A DNA stretch of 64,000 bases from Candidatus Caldarchaeum sp. (GTDB lineage: Archaea > Thermoproteota > Nitrososphaeria_A > Caldarchaeales > Caldarchaeaceae): NCBI GenBank assembly GCA_038885755.1, contig JAVZZH010000003.1:32001-96000 (forward strand), given 5' to 3'. Positions 1-9,328 of this stretch are shown one piece after another (the stretch's first letter is position 1; every line of letters begins with the position of its first letter). Under the pieces are notes generated by a model, which was not told the DNA's origin, searched no databases, and saw only the letters and a program-made list of their open reading frames with translations. The position numbers were made by a program, and so were the translations under genes.

Positions 1-235
1 CGACAACGGTCTTGAGCTTCGACCTCTTAACGAGACAGGCCTCGACCTTCCTTATGGCGTAAGGTGCTAGGAGAGCTCTTCCAGCCTCGTCGTAGGGAGC
101 GTCTGGTAGAGCGAGGTAGTGGTAGACCGGGGAAGGCACGAATTTGACGGGTGCGCACGGGAGGAAGCTGAGGAGGGGGAAGTCGTGAAACCGGTGGCCC
201 AGCGAAGGGTCGAAGGTAAGGACTACCTGGACCAT
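1..235 (-). CDS. 5' part of an archaeal B12-binding/radical SAM family protein (runs off window edge)
   Basis: Manual translation from ATG at 235: MVQVVLTFDPSLGHRFHDFPLLSFLPCAP...APYAIRKVEACL; APYxxRKVEA resembles the N-terminus of archaeal B12-binding radical SAM proteins; TATA-like element near 260-268. Confidence 0.6.
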   Translation of the reverse strand, partial: MVQVVLTFDPSLGHRFHDFPLLSFLPCAPVKFVPSPVYHYLALPDAPYDEAGRALLAPYAIRKVEACLVKRSKLKTVV

Positions 236-329
236 CTCTAGTCCTAACGAAAGCAACCGGTATATAAGGCGTTTGAAGCCTTCACGCTAACGTTTTAAAG
301 CCTGTTTAGAGCGGTTTCAAGCGACAGGC

Positions 330-1172
330 TTGAAAACTTTGACCGCCGGCTACGCCTTGTCAGCCGTCAACTCGTTTGTCTTCACAGCTCCGACCGTGAT
401 GGTCTACCCTGCTCTGGTCCTCTACCCTGTCTCGATAATCCTACGGGGACTTGGGTGGTGGAGGCTTAGAAGACGCGTCGGATCGGTCGGCGGCCTCGGC
501 GTCGTTGTCTGGGCTCTGGGGTTGACGTGCTTCGGGTTCGTCGTAGCAGGGTTTCTGGAGGTCTTCGGGCAGGCCCTGTTCATAGCGCTGGCCGTCTGGG
601 TTGTTTACTCGGTGGTCGAAGCCGTGGTCTACGTTGCTGCTGCACGCATCCTAAACACGAGGCTGCTCTACTTCTCTCCCGTGAGCTTGGTCGGCGTTGC
701 TTCGCTAAGCTTGACCGTGATGTCTCTAGGACAGGGCCCCGACCTGCTGTCAACAATCATCGCACCCACGCTGTACATCACGACCGCCGCCCTGTTCACG
801 TCAGCAGCCTTAAGCGCGGCAGCGCTAGCCCGTGTATCAACCGAGGTAGAAAGCCCTCAACCACGTCCGCTGCCAAGCTCATGGAGTGCCACGACTTACA
901 CAACGCCGCAGACGCCTCGCGCGGTCGAGGTCGCGCTGCAGACAGTAAGGGCGGGAACCGCGCTAAGATGCCCTCGATGCAAGTCCACCGCCCCGCTGAC
1001 GGCCTCCAGATGCAGCTCATGCGGCTATGCTTTTGAGAGATCAAGCCGTGGGCTTCGCTGCCCCACCTGCTCCGCCCCGTTCTCCAAGGCCATGAAGCTC
1101 CCGACTCAGGGCTTCTTCATCTGCACTTACTGCTCCACGGTGATGAAGGTGCCTGTGAGAAAACAAACCTAG
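330..1172 (+). CDS. Multi-pass membrane protein with C-terminal double zinc ribbon
   Basis: About 5 hydrophobic segments, P/T/S linker, then CPRC..CSSC and CPTC..CTYC; TTTTAAA near 293-299. Confidence 0.75.
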   Translation: MKTLTAGYALSAVNSFVFTAPTVMVYPALVLYPVSIILRGLGWWRLRRRVGSVGGLGVVVWALGLTCFGFVVAGFLEVFGQALFIALAVWVVYSVVEAVVYVAAARILNTRLLYFSPVSLVGVASLSLTVMSLGQGPDLLSTIIAPTLYITTAALFTSAALSAAALARVSTEVESPQPRPLPSSWSATTYTTPQTPRAVEVALQTVRAGTALRCPRCKSTAPLTASRCSSCGYAFERSSRGLRCPTCSAPFSKAMKLPTQGFFICTYCSTVMKVPVRKQT

Positions 1173-1175
1173 CCT

Positions 1176-2504
1176 TCACGACAGCCATCTCTTTATTACT
1201 TCAGGCCCGACCTCAGCCAAGTTGTATCTTACGTAGACCTCGCCGTCTCCAAGCTTCACGATTTCGGTGATGTCTTTGAGGAAGCCGCTGTGAGCTATGA
1301 AGTTCCTCTCCATGTTGGATGAGCCGTGGACGCCGAAAACCTCTTTAAGAAGTTTGAAATCCCCCGCCGGAATACTCTCCGCAGCCTTTTTTATCTGCTC
1401 AACCTCGAACTCCAGCCTCCTCGCATTAGGCTTGAACCACTCTAGGCTTCCGTAAACCTTTTTGACGAAGAATTCCTGCAGGTCGTCGAGCTTAACTCCC
1501 TTCTCGGTCATGTTCTTCCTAGCCTCCTCAACTATCTTCATCAAAGACCCTGTCAAAGCTAGGGCGTTGAGCACGTCCCTCAAAAGCCGTGGGTCAAACC
1601 TTCTTCTAAAAACCTTGACGAAACGGTCATGACTTATCTCTGGCTGGATGTAGCTCGAAACCGAGTCGCAGACCTGCTTCTCTAACTCACGTATTTCGCT
1701 GGGTTTGAAAAACTTGACGATTTCGTCGTAGTAGACGGGGAGCGGCGTGTTGTATACAAGGCAGTTGAACAGCCGTCGCCCGGTCATCAGAACGTGTTTC
1801 AGATTTTTCTTTGAGCTTGTGTCCGTCAAGCCGATCTCCTCGGGCCTGTTAATACCTTGGATCTGCTGCTCCGTCAGCGGGTACTGGTTGAGGATGCGTG
1901 TTCTGACCTCTGAGAGCTCGACCTTCACCTCCTCTCCCTCCTGCTTAGGCTGCGGGAAGAAAGCTATCGAATGACTGGGTTCTCCGCTTGAAGCTTCTCC
2001 TGCGTAGTAGTTTGACAGTTTTTGGTACGTGAGGACGTTGTACAGCACTCTGACCGCTATGGCTCCGTAGATGTTGAGCCCGCTCGAGACGTCTAAAAGA
2101 AGCTCGTGTCCTTCTCTGACGACCTCCAGCATGATGAGGAACAAAGCCGTCTCTATGTGTGTAAACTCGCCCTCGAACACGAAGCTGCAGCCATGTTCGT
2201 GAAACCTGCCCACGCTAGGCAGAACCCTGAGCGACAAGCATTCAACGTCCTCGCCCAACTTCTCAACCTCTTTCCGAACCCTCTCAGACAACATCTGCCC
2301 GTCCTCAATCATCTTCAGAGCCTCCTCCTTGGAGGATGACAGCGTTGTCGCAAGGCTTTCAGGGATGAGAAGCAGCGGCCTGCCCTGTAGAATTTTAGAG
2401 AGGGCGATGCTCGAGATCTTCGAGGTTTCTTTCTTACCGTCCAAGCTGAAGCATACCCCTCTATATTTCCCAGGGACGCCCAATATCTGCAGAATAACCT
2501 TCAA
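1176..2504 (-). CDS. csx1: CRISPR-associated CARF-HEPN ribonuclease, Csx1 family
   Basis: CARF motifs LLIPESL and LLLDVSSGLN (DxTHGxN-like); C-terminal HEPN RNFIAH (R-X4-H). Confidence 0.85.
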   Translation of the reverse strand: MKVILQILGVPGKYRGVCFSLDGKKETSKISSIALSKILQGRPLLLIPESLATTLSSSKEEALKMIEDGQMLSERVRKEVEKLGEDVECLSLRVLPSVGRFHEHGCSFVFEGEFTHIETALFLIMLEVVREGHELLLDVSSGLNIYGAIAVRVLYNVLTYQKLSNYYAGEASSGEPSHSIAFFPQPKQEGEEVKVELSEVRTRILNQYPLTEQQIQGINRPEEIGLTDTSSKKNLKHVLMTGRRLFNCLVYNTPLPVYYDEIVKFFKPSEIRELEKQVCDSVSSYIQPEISHDRFVKVFRRRFDPRLLRDVLNALALTGSLMKIVEEARKNMTEKGVKLDDLQEFFVKKVYGSLEWFKPNARRLEFEVEQIKKAAESIPAGDFKLLKEVFGVHGSSNMERNFIAHSGFLKDITEIVKLGDGEVYVRYNLAEVGPEVIKRWLS

Positions 2505-2533
2505 GCCGCTGTAGATGGTTGATGATCCACCGG

Positions 2534-2548
2534 ATAAAAGGCTTTAAA
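2534..2548. promoter_or_regulatory. Back-to-back TATA elements of the divergent csx1 / ring nuclease genes
   Basis: TTTAAA at 2543-2548, ~22 nt before GTG 2570; TTTTAT on minus strand at 2534-2539, ~30 nt before TTG 2504. Confidence 0.55.
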
Positions 2549-2569
2549 GGGGCTGGGCCTCAGTTTCCC

Positions 2570-3322
2570 GTGCTCCGCTGCCTAGCCACGATGGGCACAA
2601 GCCCTCCAGTCGTCTCCGAGTTTGTCGACTACGTCATGAAGACGGAGAGGCTTGATGAGATAGAGATCTTGGCTACGTCTGAGCAGTCAGTCGTCGAGTA
2701 GGCTGTGTTTGCGGAGGCTGCGTTGAGGGATAGGTATCCAAGGCTCCGTGTGTCGACGACTGTTCTGGGTTTTACAGACATCCTAGACGAGTCGGGTAAT
2801 CTCGAGTTCATGGAGGCTGCTGCGAAGGCGTTGGCTAGGCTGAGGAGGGATGGGGGAAGGGTTTATGTCTGCTTGGCTGGTGGGCGGAAGGAAATGGTTG
2901 CGTCGCTCGTCCTGCTGGCTCAGCTTACGGACGTGGAAGCTTTGTACCACGTCGTGGCGCCCGACATAAAGTCCATCAACGTCACGCTGGAGCAGATAAG
3001 AAGCCACATCTCAAACCTAGCCCGGAGCAGCAACCCGGTCGAATACTACAGGCAGAACAAGGACGTTCTAGAGCCTGTGATGTACCCGCCGGCCCAGAGC
3101 TACAGCGTCGTAAGAGTCCCGGTCCTGCCGTATCCCAGCGCTTACCTCAACCTGCTGAAGCATATGTTTTCGCGGGAATATGTGGACGGGCGTCAGCTGA
3201 GGGTTGACGAAGCGTTCCTGAAGCGTCTGCGGGGGGCTGGGTTTGTGAGGATTGCGGGAAACAGGGTTGTAGTAACAGATGAGGGCCGGCTTTTCTACAC
3301 ACATGTGCTGAAGCATCTGTGA
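2570..3322 (+). pseudogene. crn1: Crn1 (SSO2081)/Csx14-like CARF ring nuclease with C-terminal wHTH, interrupted by in-frame TAG at 2699-2701
   Basis: ORFs 2519-2701 and 2705-3322 share one frame; ATMGTSP and LAGGRK match the ATLGTSP and GGRK motifs of Crn1. Confidence 0.8.
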
Positions 3323-3344
3323 GAAAAGGATTCGGTGAATGTAT

Positions 3345-4244
3345 CTAGCTTGACTTTCTACGATAGTAGTCTATGACTCTTCGGAGGCCTTCCTCAAGGC
3401 TTACTCTGGGAGCGTAGCCTATTGTTTGGCTGATCTTTTCTATCGACGGTATGCTTTTCATGGGTTTTGACTCGGCTGGCGTTCTAGGGGGTAGTGTCTG
3501 GAGCTCGGACGACGAGCCTGTCATCTGCTTGATCTTCTCCGCCAGCTGCCTCACCGACAGGGCTCCCCCCGTGCCTACGTTGAAGGCTTCGCCTACTGCT
3601 TTCTCGTTGGTCAGGCAGAGTTGGACTGCGTGGCAGAGGTTGTCGACGTGGTAAGGGTCTGTTATGTCCGCTCCGCCGTTGTAGAGCGGGATGGGCTTGT
3701 TCTCGAGGCATGAGGTTATGAAGCGTGGAACCATCTTGACCACGGGCTCGTATTCGCCGAATGCTTTCCAAGGCCGTAGGACCACCGCCGGAACTCCGTG
3801 GTTTCTATGGTAGCTCCAGACAGCTTGCTCGAGGGCCACTTTAGAAAAGTCGTACACCGTTCTGGGGGCTGGAGGGTCTGTCTCGACGACGGGTGTTTTC
3901 TCCGGAGCTCCATAGTAGTTGGCTGACGAGAAGACGACGACACGCGCCAGACCACTTCTCCTCGCCGCCTCCAAGACGTTCAGAGTGCCGACGCAGTTGA
4001 CGGAGAAACATCTGTAAGGGTTTTTCAAAGACTCGGCTATGTCGGCGACGGCGGCTAGGTGGACGCATGCTTCGGGCTTGATTTCTTCAAACACCTTGAG
4101 GACGGAGTCGTGATCCGTCACGTCCAAGCGTAGGTCAGACCCGTCGGCTACGTCGGCTCCGACTACTTCGAACCCCCTGCCTCTCAGGTACTCGGTTAGG
4201 TGGCGTCCTACGAAGCCTCTAGCTCCCGTGACGAGAACCCTCAA
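3345..4244 (-). CDS. NAD-dependent epimerase/dehydratase (extended SDR)
   Basis: TGARGFVG Rossmann motif, HLAA, YDFSK (YxxxK). Confidence 0.9.
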   Translation of the reverse strand: MRVLVTGARGFVGRHLTEYLRGRGFEVVGADVADGSDLRLDVTDHDSVLKVFEEIKPEACVHLAAVADIAESLKNPYRCFSVNCVGTLNVLEAARRSGLARVVVFSSANYYGAPEKTPVVETDPPAPRTVYDFSKVALEQAVWSYHRNHGVPAVVLRPWKAFGEYEPVVKMVPRFITSCLENKPIPLYNGGADITDPYHVDNLCHAVQLCLTNEKAVGEAFNVGTGGALSVRQLAEKIKQMTGSSSELQTLPPRTPAESKPMKSIPSIEKISQTIGYAPRVSLEEGLRRVIDYYRRKSS

Positions 4245-4341
4245 CCCGCACCATCCTCTCCGTGCTTGGGCGTGGATGTCTTTTAAAAACCCTTGCAGGC
4301 ACGAGCCTTAAAATACCCGTCGGGGATTGTTATCGGAGAGC

Positions 4342-5673
4342 ATGTCGGCTTTCTCTTCGCTGGGGAAGACGTTGAAGGAGGCTTTTCAGAGGTTTCTCGC
4401 CTCGCCTTCAGCTGACAGGAATGCTGTTGAGGAGCTTGTGCGAGGTGTTCAGCGCTCGTTGTTGATGGCTGACGTCAAGGTGGAGCTGGTCAGCAGGCTC
4501 TCGGAGAGGATTAAGGAGAGGGCGTTGGCTGAAAAACTTCCTCCGGGCGTGAGCAGGAAGGACCACGTCGCTAAGATCGTTTACGAGGAGCTTACGTCGC
4601 TGCTGGGCAGAAAGCCGGTGAAACCCTTCCCCGACGGCAAAAAACCCTACGTCGTCATGCTGCTCGGAATTCAGGGGACGGGGAAGACGACCACTGCGGC
4701 CAAGCTGGCCAACTACCTCAAGGCAAGCGGCCACAAGGTTGGCGTTGTCTGCGCCGACACTTACAGGCCCGCCGCCTACGTCCAGCTGCAGCAGCTGCTG
4801 AAGCCGAGAGGAGTTGAGGTTTACGGGGAGCCGGGCGTCAGCGACCCCGTCGAAATAGCGCGCAGAGGGGTTGAGTTCTTCAGGACCATGGGCGTGGACT
4901 TCATCATAGTGGACACAGCAGGTAGGCACAGGAGTCAGGAGGAGTTGATGGATGAGATGAGGAGGCTGGGGAAGGCTATTCAGCCCGATGAGAACATCCT
5001 CGTCATAGACGGGACGATCGGGCAGCAGGCGGGTGTTCACGCAGCTGCTTTCCACGAAGCGGCTCCCGTAGGCTCGATCATCGTCACGAAGCTGGATACT
5101 TCTGCGAAGGGCGGTGGCGCGCTTTCGGCTGTCGCCGAAACAGGTGCTGTCGTGAAGTTCATAGGAGTGGGTGAGGCGGTGGAGGACTTTGAGCCGTTCA
5201 ACCCGGGCGGCTATGTGGCCTCCCTGCTTGGAATGCCTGACATCGAGAGCCTTGTCGAGAGGGTGAGGACAGCCGAGGTTGAGATGGATGAGGAGCGTAT
5301 GAAAACAATTCTGACGGGAAGGTTCACGCTGGAGGACATGGTCAACCAGCTGAGCAGCCTGACCAAGCTAGGGCCTCTCAAGAAAATACTCGGCAAGCTC
5401 TCGCTGCCCGGCGTGGACGCCTTGTCCGACACCGAGTTCGAGAAGGCGGAGGAGAGGATCAAGAAGTGGACGGCGGTAGTCAAGTCGATGACGGCGGAGG
5501 AGAAGCAGGAGCCGGCCATCATAGACAGCTCGAGAATCAGGAGGATCGCCCGCGGAGCCGGCGTCTCGGAGAGAGATGTCCGGGAGCTTCTCAAAAGCTA
5601 CCAAGCTTCCCGTAAGATGATGAAGGACAGGAAGATTCGTCAAATCCTCCGGCAGGGTAGGGGGCTAGCCTAG
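4342..5673 (+). CDS. srp54: Signal recognition particle protein SRP54
   Basis: [23 protein letters not shown]-domain [11 protein letters not shown]. Confidence 0.97.
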   Translation: MSAFSSLGKTLKEAFQRFLASPSADRNAVEELVRGVQRSLLMADVKVELVSRLSERIKERALAEKLPPGVSRKDHVAKIVYEELTSLLGRKPVKPFPDGKKPYVVMLLGIQGTGKTTTAAKLANYLKASGHKVGVVCADTYRPAAYVQLQQLLKPRGVEVYGEPGVSDPVEIARRGVEFFRTMGVDFIIVDTAGRHRSQEELMDEMRRLGKAIQPDENILVIDGTIGQQAGVHAAAFHEAAPVGSIIVTKLDTSAKGGGALSAVAETGAVVKFIGVGEAVEDFEPFNPGGYVASLLGMPDIESLVERVRTAEVEMDEERMKTILTGRFTLEDMVNQLSSLTKLGPLKKILGKLSLPGVDALSDTEFEKAEERIKKWTAVVKSMTAEEKQEPAIIDSSRIRRIARGAGVSERDVRELLKSYQASRKMMKDRKIRQILRQGRGLA

Positions 5674-6984
5674 TTGAAATCCATCGCCCAGCTGGCCGTC
5701 GAGCTGCTCAAGTCAGGGGCTCTCTGCGACTATTGTCTAGGCCGTCAGTTCGCAAGGCTGGGCTACGGTCTTTCGAACAGGGAGAAGGGTAGGGCGCTTA
5801 AGGTGGCGTTGTTGATGGAGGCGGTCAAGAACAGGGATGAAGGGCTTGTCAAGCTGCTGGCCGAGAACGGGGGAGTGGAGGAGGCTGCTCTCCAGCTGGG
5901 GCTGAGCAAGCCTGAAGGGTTTGTCTGCAGCGTCTGCGGCGGCTCTCTGTCCGAGAAGAACCTGCGCGAAATCGCTGATATGGTTGTGAAGATGCTGGAA
6001 GGCTACGAGTTTACGACATTCTTGGTGGGGGCCTCGGTCCCCTCCGAGGTGAGGGAGAGGGAGGACAGCCTGCGGGCGGCGCTCGGGCTTTCCGAAGCCG
6101 AGGACATCAAGAACGACGCGACGAGAGAGGTTGGAAAGCTGCTGGCAGCCATCACGGGGAAGAAAGCAGACCACGCTCATCCAGACATAACCATCGTCGT
6201 CGACATCTTCTCAAAGACCTGCAGAATAATCTCAAACCCTCTGTTCCTCAAGGGCAGGTACCTGAAACACAGCCGGCAGCTGCCGCAGTCGCCGTGGTCC
6301 TGCAGGAGATGCTGGGGGAAGGGATGCCATTCATGCGGGTTTACGGGGCGCGAGTATCCCACGAGCGTGGCCGAGCTTGTGGGAGAGCCTGCGAGGAGGC
6401 TTTTCCAAGCCGAGAGGTACAAGTTCCACGCAGCTGGGCGAGAGGATGTCGACGCCCTTGTCAAGCATGAAGGCCGGCCGTTCGTGCTTGAGCTGAGCAG
6501 GCCGAGGGTGAGGTCTGTACCGTTCAAAGTTGTCGAAGAAACCATCAACGAAGAGGCTCGCGGACTGGTCGAGGTTAGAATAGAGTCGCTGGCCAGCAGG
6601 AAGGAGGTGAGAACGCTTAAGTCAACCTCTGCGTTGACGAGCAAAACCTACGAGGTGAGAGCTTTCTTCGAGGACGAGCTGGACGCTGAGCGGGTCAGGA
6701 GGCTGGAGGAGTTTTTCAGGAACCGAGTGGTTGAGCAGAGAACACCTACCCGTGTTCTCGGACGCAGGAGCGACAGGCTGCGGCGTAAGATGGTCTACTG
6801 GGTTGAGGCGACCTTGGTAGAGGGCAGGGAGGCGGTGTTCAAGATACGCTGTCAGGGCGGCCTGTACGTCAAGGAGCTTGTGACCGGAGATTCCGGCCGA
6901 ACAGTTCCGAGCTTCGCCGAGCTGCTGCAAGCCGTCCCCACACGCCTAGAGCTCACCGTCCTGGCGGTCGAGACTCAGCCGTAA
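5674..6984 (+). CDS. pus10: tRNA pseudouridine(54/55) synthase Pus10
   Basis: CDYCLGRQF, HAAGREDVD catalytic motif, GGLYVKEL. Confidence 0.95.
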   Translation: MKSIAQLAVELLKSGALCDYCLGRQFARLGYGLSNREKGRALKVALLMEAVKNRDEGLVKLLAENGGVEEAALQLGLSKPEGFVCSVCGGSLSEKNLREIADMVVKMLEGYEFTTFLVGASVPSEVREREDSLRAALGLSEAEDIKNDATREVGKLLAAITGKKADHAHPDITIVVDIFSKTCRIISNPLFLKGRYLKHSRQLPQSPWSCRRCWGKGCHSCGFTGREYPTSVAELVGEPARRLFQAERYKFHAAGREDVDALVKHEGRPFVLELSRPRVRSVPFKVVEETINEEARGLVEVRIESLASRKEVRTLKSTSALTSKTYEVRAFFEDELDAERVRRLEEFFRNRVVEQRTPTRVLGRRSDRLRRKMVYWVEATLVEGREAVFKIRCQGGLYVKELVTGDSGRTVPSFAELLQAVPTRLELTVLAVETQP

Positions 6985-7028
6985 ATGCTTTTATCATAGT
7001 AGATAAGTAGTTTCTGCGGTAAGCGGGA

Positions 7029-7322
7029 ATGGCCACCTCCAGAGGCTTCAGGAGAAAGTCTAGAGGATATCTTCTAAGGCCCAGAGGGTCTAGGAGCGGG
7101 CCTACTCCCGACATCTACCTAAGGGAGTACAGCGTCGGAGACAGGGTTTACATCACGATAAACCCCAGCGTGCAGAAAGGCTCGCCGCACAGGAGATACC
7201 ACGGAAGGGTGGGGGAGGTGGTGGAGAAGCGTGGAAGGGGATACATCGTCGCCGTCAAAGTCGGGAACAAGGAGAAAAAGCTCTCTCTCCTGCCCGACCA
7301 CATCAGCGGAGTAGTGGTTTAA
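7029..7322 (+). CDS. rpl21e: 50S ribosomal protein L21e
   Basis: NPSVQKGSPHRRYHGRVG; conserved gene order. Confidence 0.95.
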   Translation: MATSRGFRRKSRGYLLRPRGSRSGPTPDIYLREYSVGDRVYITINPSVQKGSPHRRYHGRVGEVVEKRGRGYIVAVKVGNKEKKLSLLPDHISGVVV

Positions 7323-7325
7323 CGG

Positions 7326-7682
7326 ATGGCTAGACGAATAGTCTCCAGAACAGAGGTCCCTATCGCATACGTCGCAGACCTTCTAGAGAAGCAGCAGCCC
7401 AACCTCACCACGCTGCAGGCTCGTGTGCTGCAGTACTGCAGGAAATACACGAAGCTGCAGGCGGACCAGGCTGAGAAACTCGTCGAAAAACTTGTCAACG
7501 AGGTTGGTTTGACGAGGAGGGAGGCTGTGCAAGTGGCTGATATTTGTCCGACGACGGTTGACGAGCTGCGGGCTGTGCTGAGCGGATACAAGAGGCTAGT
7601 CTCGTTTCTTCTCTTCTCCGAGGAGAAGATGAAGACAGTTATCAGCCTCGTCGAAGACGCTCTCAACAACCGGCTAAAGTGA
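7326..7682 (+). CDS. rpo4: RNA polymerase subunit Rpo4 (RpoF)
   Basis: AVQVADICPTTVDELRAVL; position after rpl21e. Confidence 0.9.
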   Translation: MARRIVSRTEVPIAYVADLLEKQQPNLTTLQARVLQYCRKYTKLQADQAEKLVEKLVNEVGLTRREAVQVADICPTTVDELRAVLSGYKRLVSFLLFSEEKMKTVISLVEDALNNRLK

Positions 7683-8287
7683 GAGCAGAGAAAACCATGC
7701 AGCGTCAAAAACGTTACGAAGATTATGGATATGTTTTAGACGTCTTCCCAGCCGCTCAACACCGTAGGGGCGGGCAGAGGTTCGTCCACGACAAGAACGA
7801 ATACGTGGTGCAGCTTCTCGGCGAGGACTTCTTCACCCTGCTCGAGGTAGCTGTCAACGAGAAGTTCAAGCCTAAGCTGGGGACACGTATCTACATAGGC
7901 CGTGATGTTCCAAGGGAGATTATGAGGATCTTGAGACGCATTGGTTTTGACGAGTTGACCGAGACGGCGGTGTCCAACCTCGAGCCGGCGATACGAAAAG
8001 TGGTAGAGGAGAACCCGCAGCGGTTCATCGACTTCATAAACAACAGCGGCCTTCTAACGCCGAGGCTGCACGCGCTGGAGCTGATACCTGGAGTGGGGAA
8101 GAAGATGCTCCAAAAGTTTTTACAGGAACGCGACGCAGCGAGGTTCCAGAGCTTCGAGGATGTCAAGAACCGTACAGGCCACCCCAACCCAGTTGAAGCC
8201 TTCTGCAAGCGGATACTTCAGGAGCTTAAAGATAAGGAGGAAAAATACAGGATGTTTGTCAGAGAGCCTTCGAGGGAGGAGTTTTAA
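7679..8287 (+). CDS. DUF655 family predicted RNA-binding protein (HhH)
   Basis: EDYGYVLD, FTLLEV, HALELIPGVGKK; conserved after rpo4. Confidence 0.88.
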   Translation: MRAEKTMQRQKRYEDYGYVLDVFPAAQHRRGGQRFVHDKNEYVVQLLGEDFFTLLEVAVNEKFKPKLGTRIYIGRDVPREIMRILRRIGFDELTETAVSNLEPAIRKVVEENPQRFIDFINNSGLLTPRLHALELIPGVGKKMLQKFLQERDAARFQSFEDVKNRTGHPNPVEAFCKRILQELKDKEEKYRMFVREPSREEF

Positions 8288-9081
8288 CGTCCCTTGAACT
8301 GCGGCTCTCTCTTCTCGTAGAACCTCGCGCGAATACCCTCCTTCAGGTCCTCTGTATGAAACATGAGTATCGATTCTTTCAGCTGGTACTCCATCCCCTC
8401 GTCAACCGGCATCTCGCCGCCCAGGTTCACGCAGGCCTTCGTAGCGCCCACAGCAAGCGGAGCGTTCTTGTTTATGCGCCTCGCCAAGGCCAGCGCCTCC
8501 TCCATCAGCTTCTCGTGTGGGACGACTTTGTTGACGAAGCCGAGACGATACCCCTCCTCAGCTGAAACCCATTCACCGGTGAACAGGAAGTATTTGGCCC
8601 AGTATTTGCTGAGGAAGCGTGGAAGCCGAACTGTTATGCCTGCGCCCGGGCTAACCCCTATCGAGACCTCCGGGAGGCCGAACTTAGCGTTCTGACTAGC
8701 TACGACGAGGTCGACGGCTTGGATTACCTCTATGTTGCAGAACCCGTTGACGGCTGCTATGATGGGCTTCCTCATCTTCTCCATGAAACGCCAGACATCG
8801 AGGTTGAACCTGTTGAACTTCTCTATCTCAGGTATTTTGCCGGCTTCGACGTTCGCCAGAAATTCCTTGGCGTCGCCGCCCGAGCAGAAGGCTTTGTCCC
8901 CCGCCCCCGTTATGATGATTGACCAGACCTCTGGGTCTTCGGCAGCCTTGTGCAGGGCGTCGTTGAACTCGGTCAGCATGGCAACGCTCATCGCGTTCCG
9001 GGCTTCGGGCCTGTTGAAAGTTATGACGGCCACCTTGTCCTCGGGACGCTTCTCATAGATTATGTTCTTGTACTCGATCAC
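8284..9081 (-). CDS. Enoyl-CoA hydratase/isomerase (crotonase) family protein
   Basis: FNRPEARNAM, AFCSGGD, KPIIAAVNG, FGLPEV. Confidence 0.9.
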   Translation of the reverse strand: MIEYKNIIYEKRPEDKVAVITFNRPEARNAMSVAMLTEFNDALHKAAEDPEVWSIIITGAGDKAFCSGGDAKEFLANVEAGKIPEIEKFNRFNLDVWRFMEKMRKPIIAAVNGFCNIEVIQAVDLVVASQNAKFGLPEVSIGVSPGAGITVRLPRFLSKYWAKYFLFTGEWVSAEEGYRLGFVNKVVPHEKLMEEALALARRINKNAPLAVGATKACVNLGGEMPVDEGMEYQLKESILMFHTEDLKEGIRARFYEKREPQFKGR

Positions 9082-9328
9082 GGAATCAGTGTTCCACTGG
9101 ATGTTTTAAACCTTTATACGGGCTTTTTCCTGCGTCTGGATGTGGAAGCGTTGCTTGGATTGTCTCCAAGAAGTTCGGCGGGATCACGGCTCTGAACATC
9201 CCCCTGTTCGTCTCAGCTACAGCCGTCAACACGGAGAAGAGCTGTACACCAGCAGGTTCGTTGAGAGAACCGGCGGCTATACCCATGTATGCTGAAAACC
9301 TATTAGCTGTTGTTTTTCATGGCTGAAT

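Noticed and set aside
2699-2701. Pyrrolysine or genome-wide TAG reassignment
   Set aside because: TAG ends many conserved genes here (srp54, thrS, ino1) and no pyl genes are in the window
9086-9286. 66-aa ORF and ORB-like GTTCCACTGGA in the crotonase/CoA-transferase spacer
   Set aside because: No recognisable motif in the ORF; only one ORB-like copy, with no G-string or cdc6 neighbour
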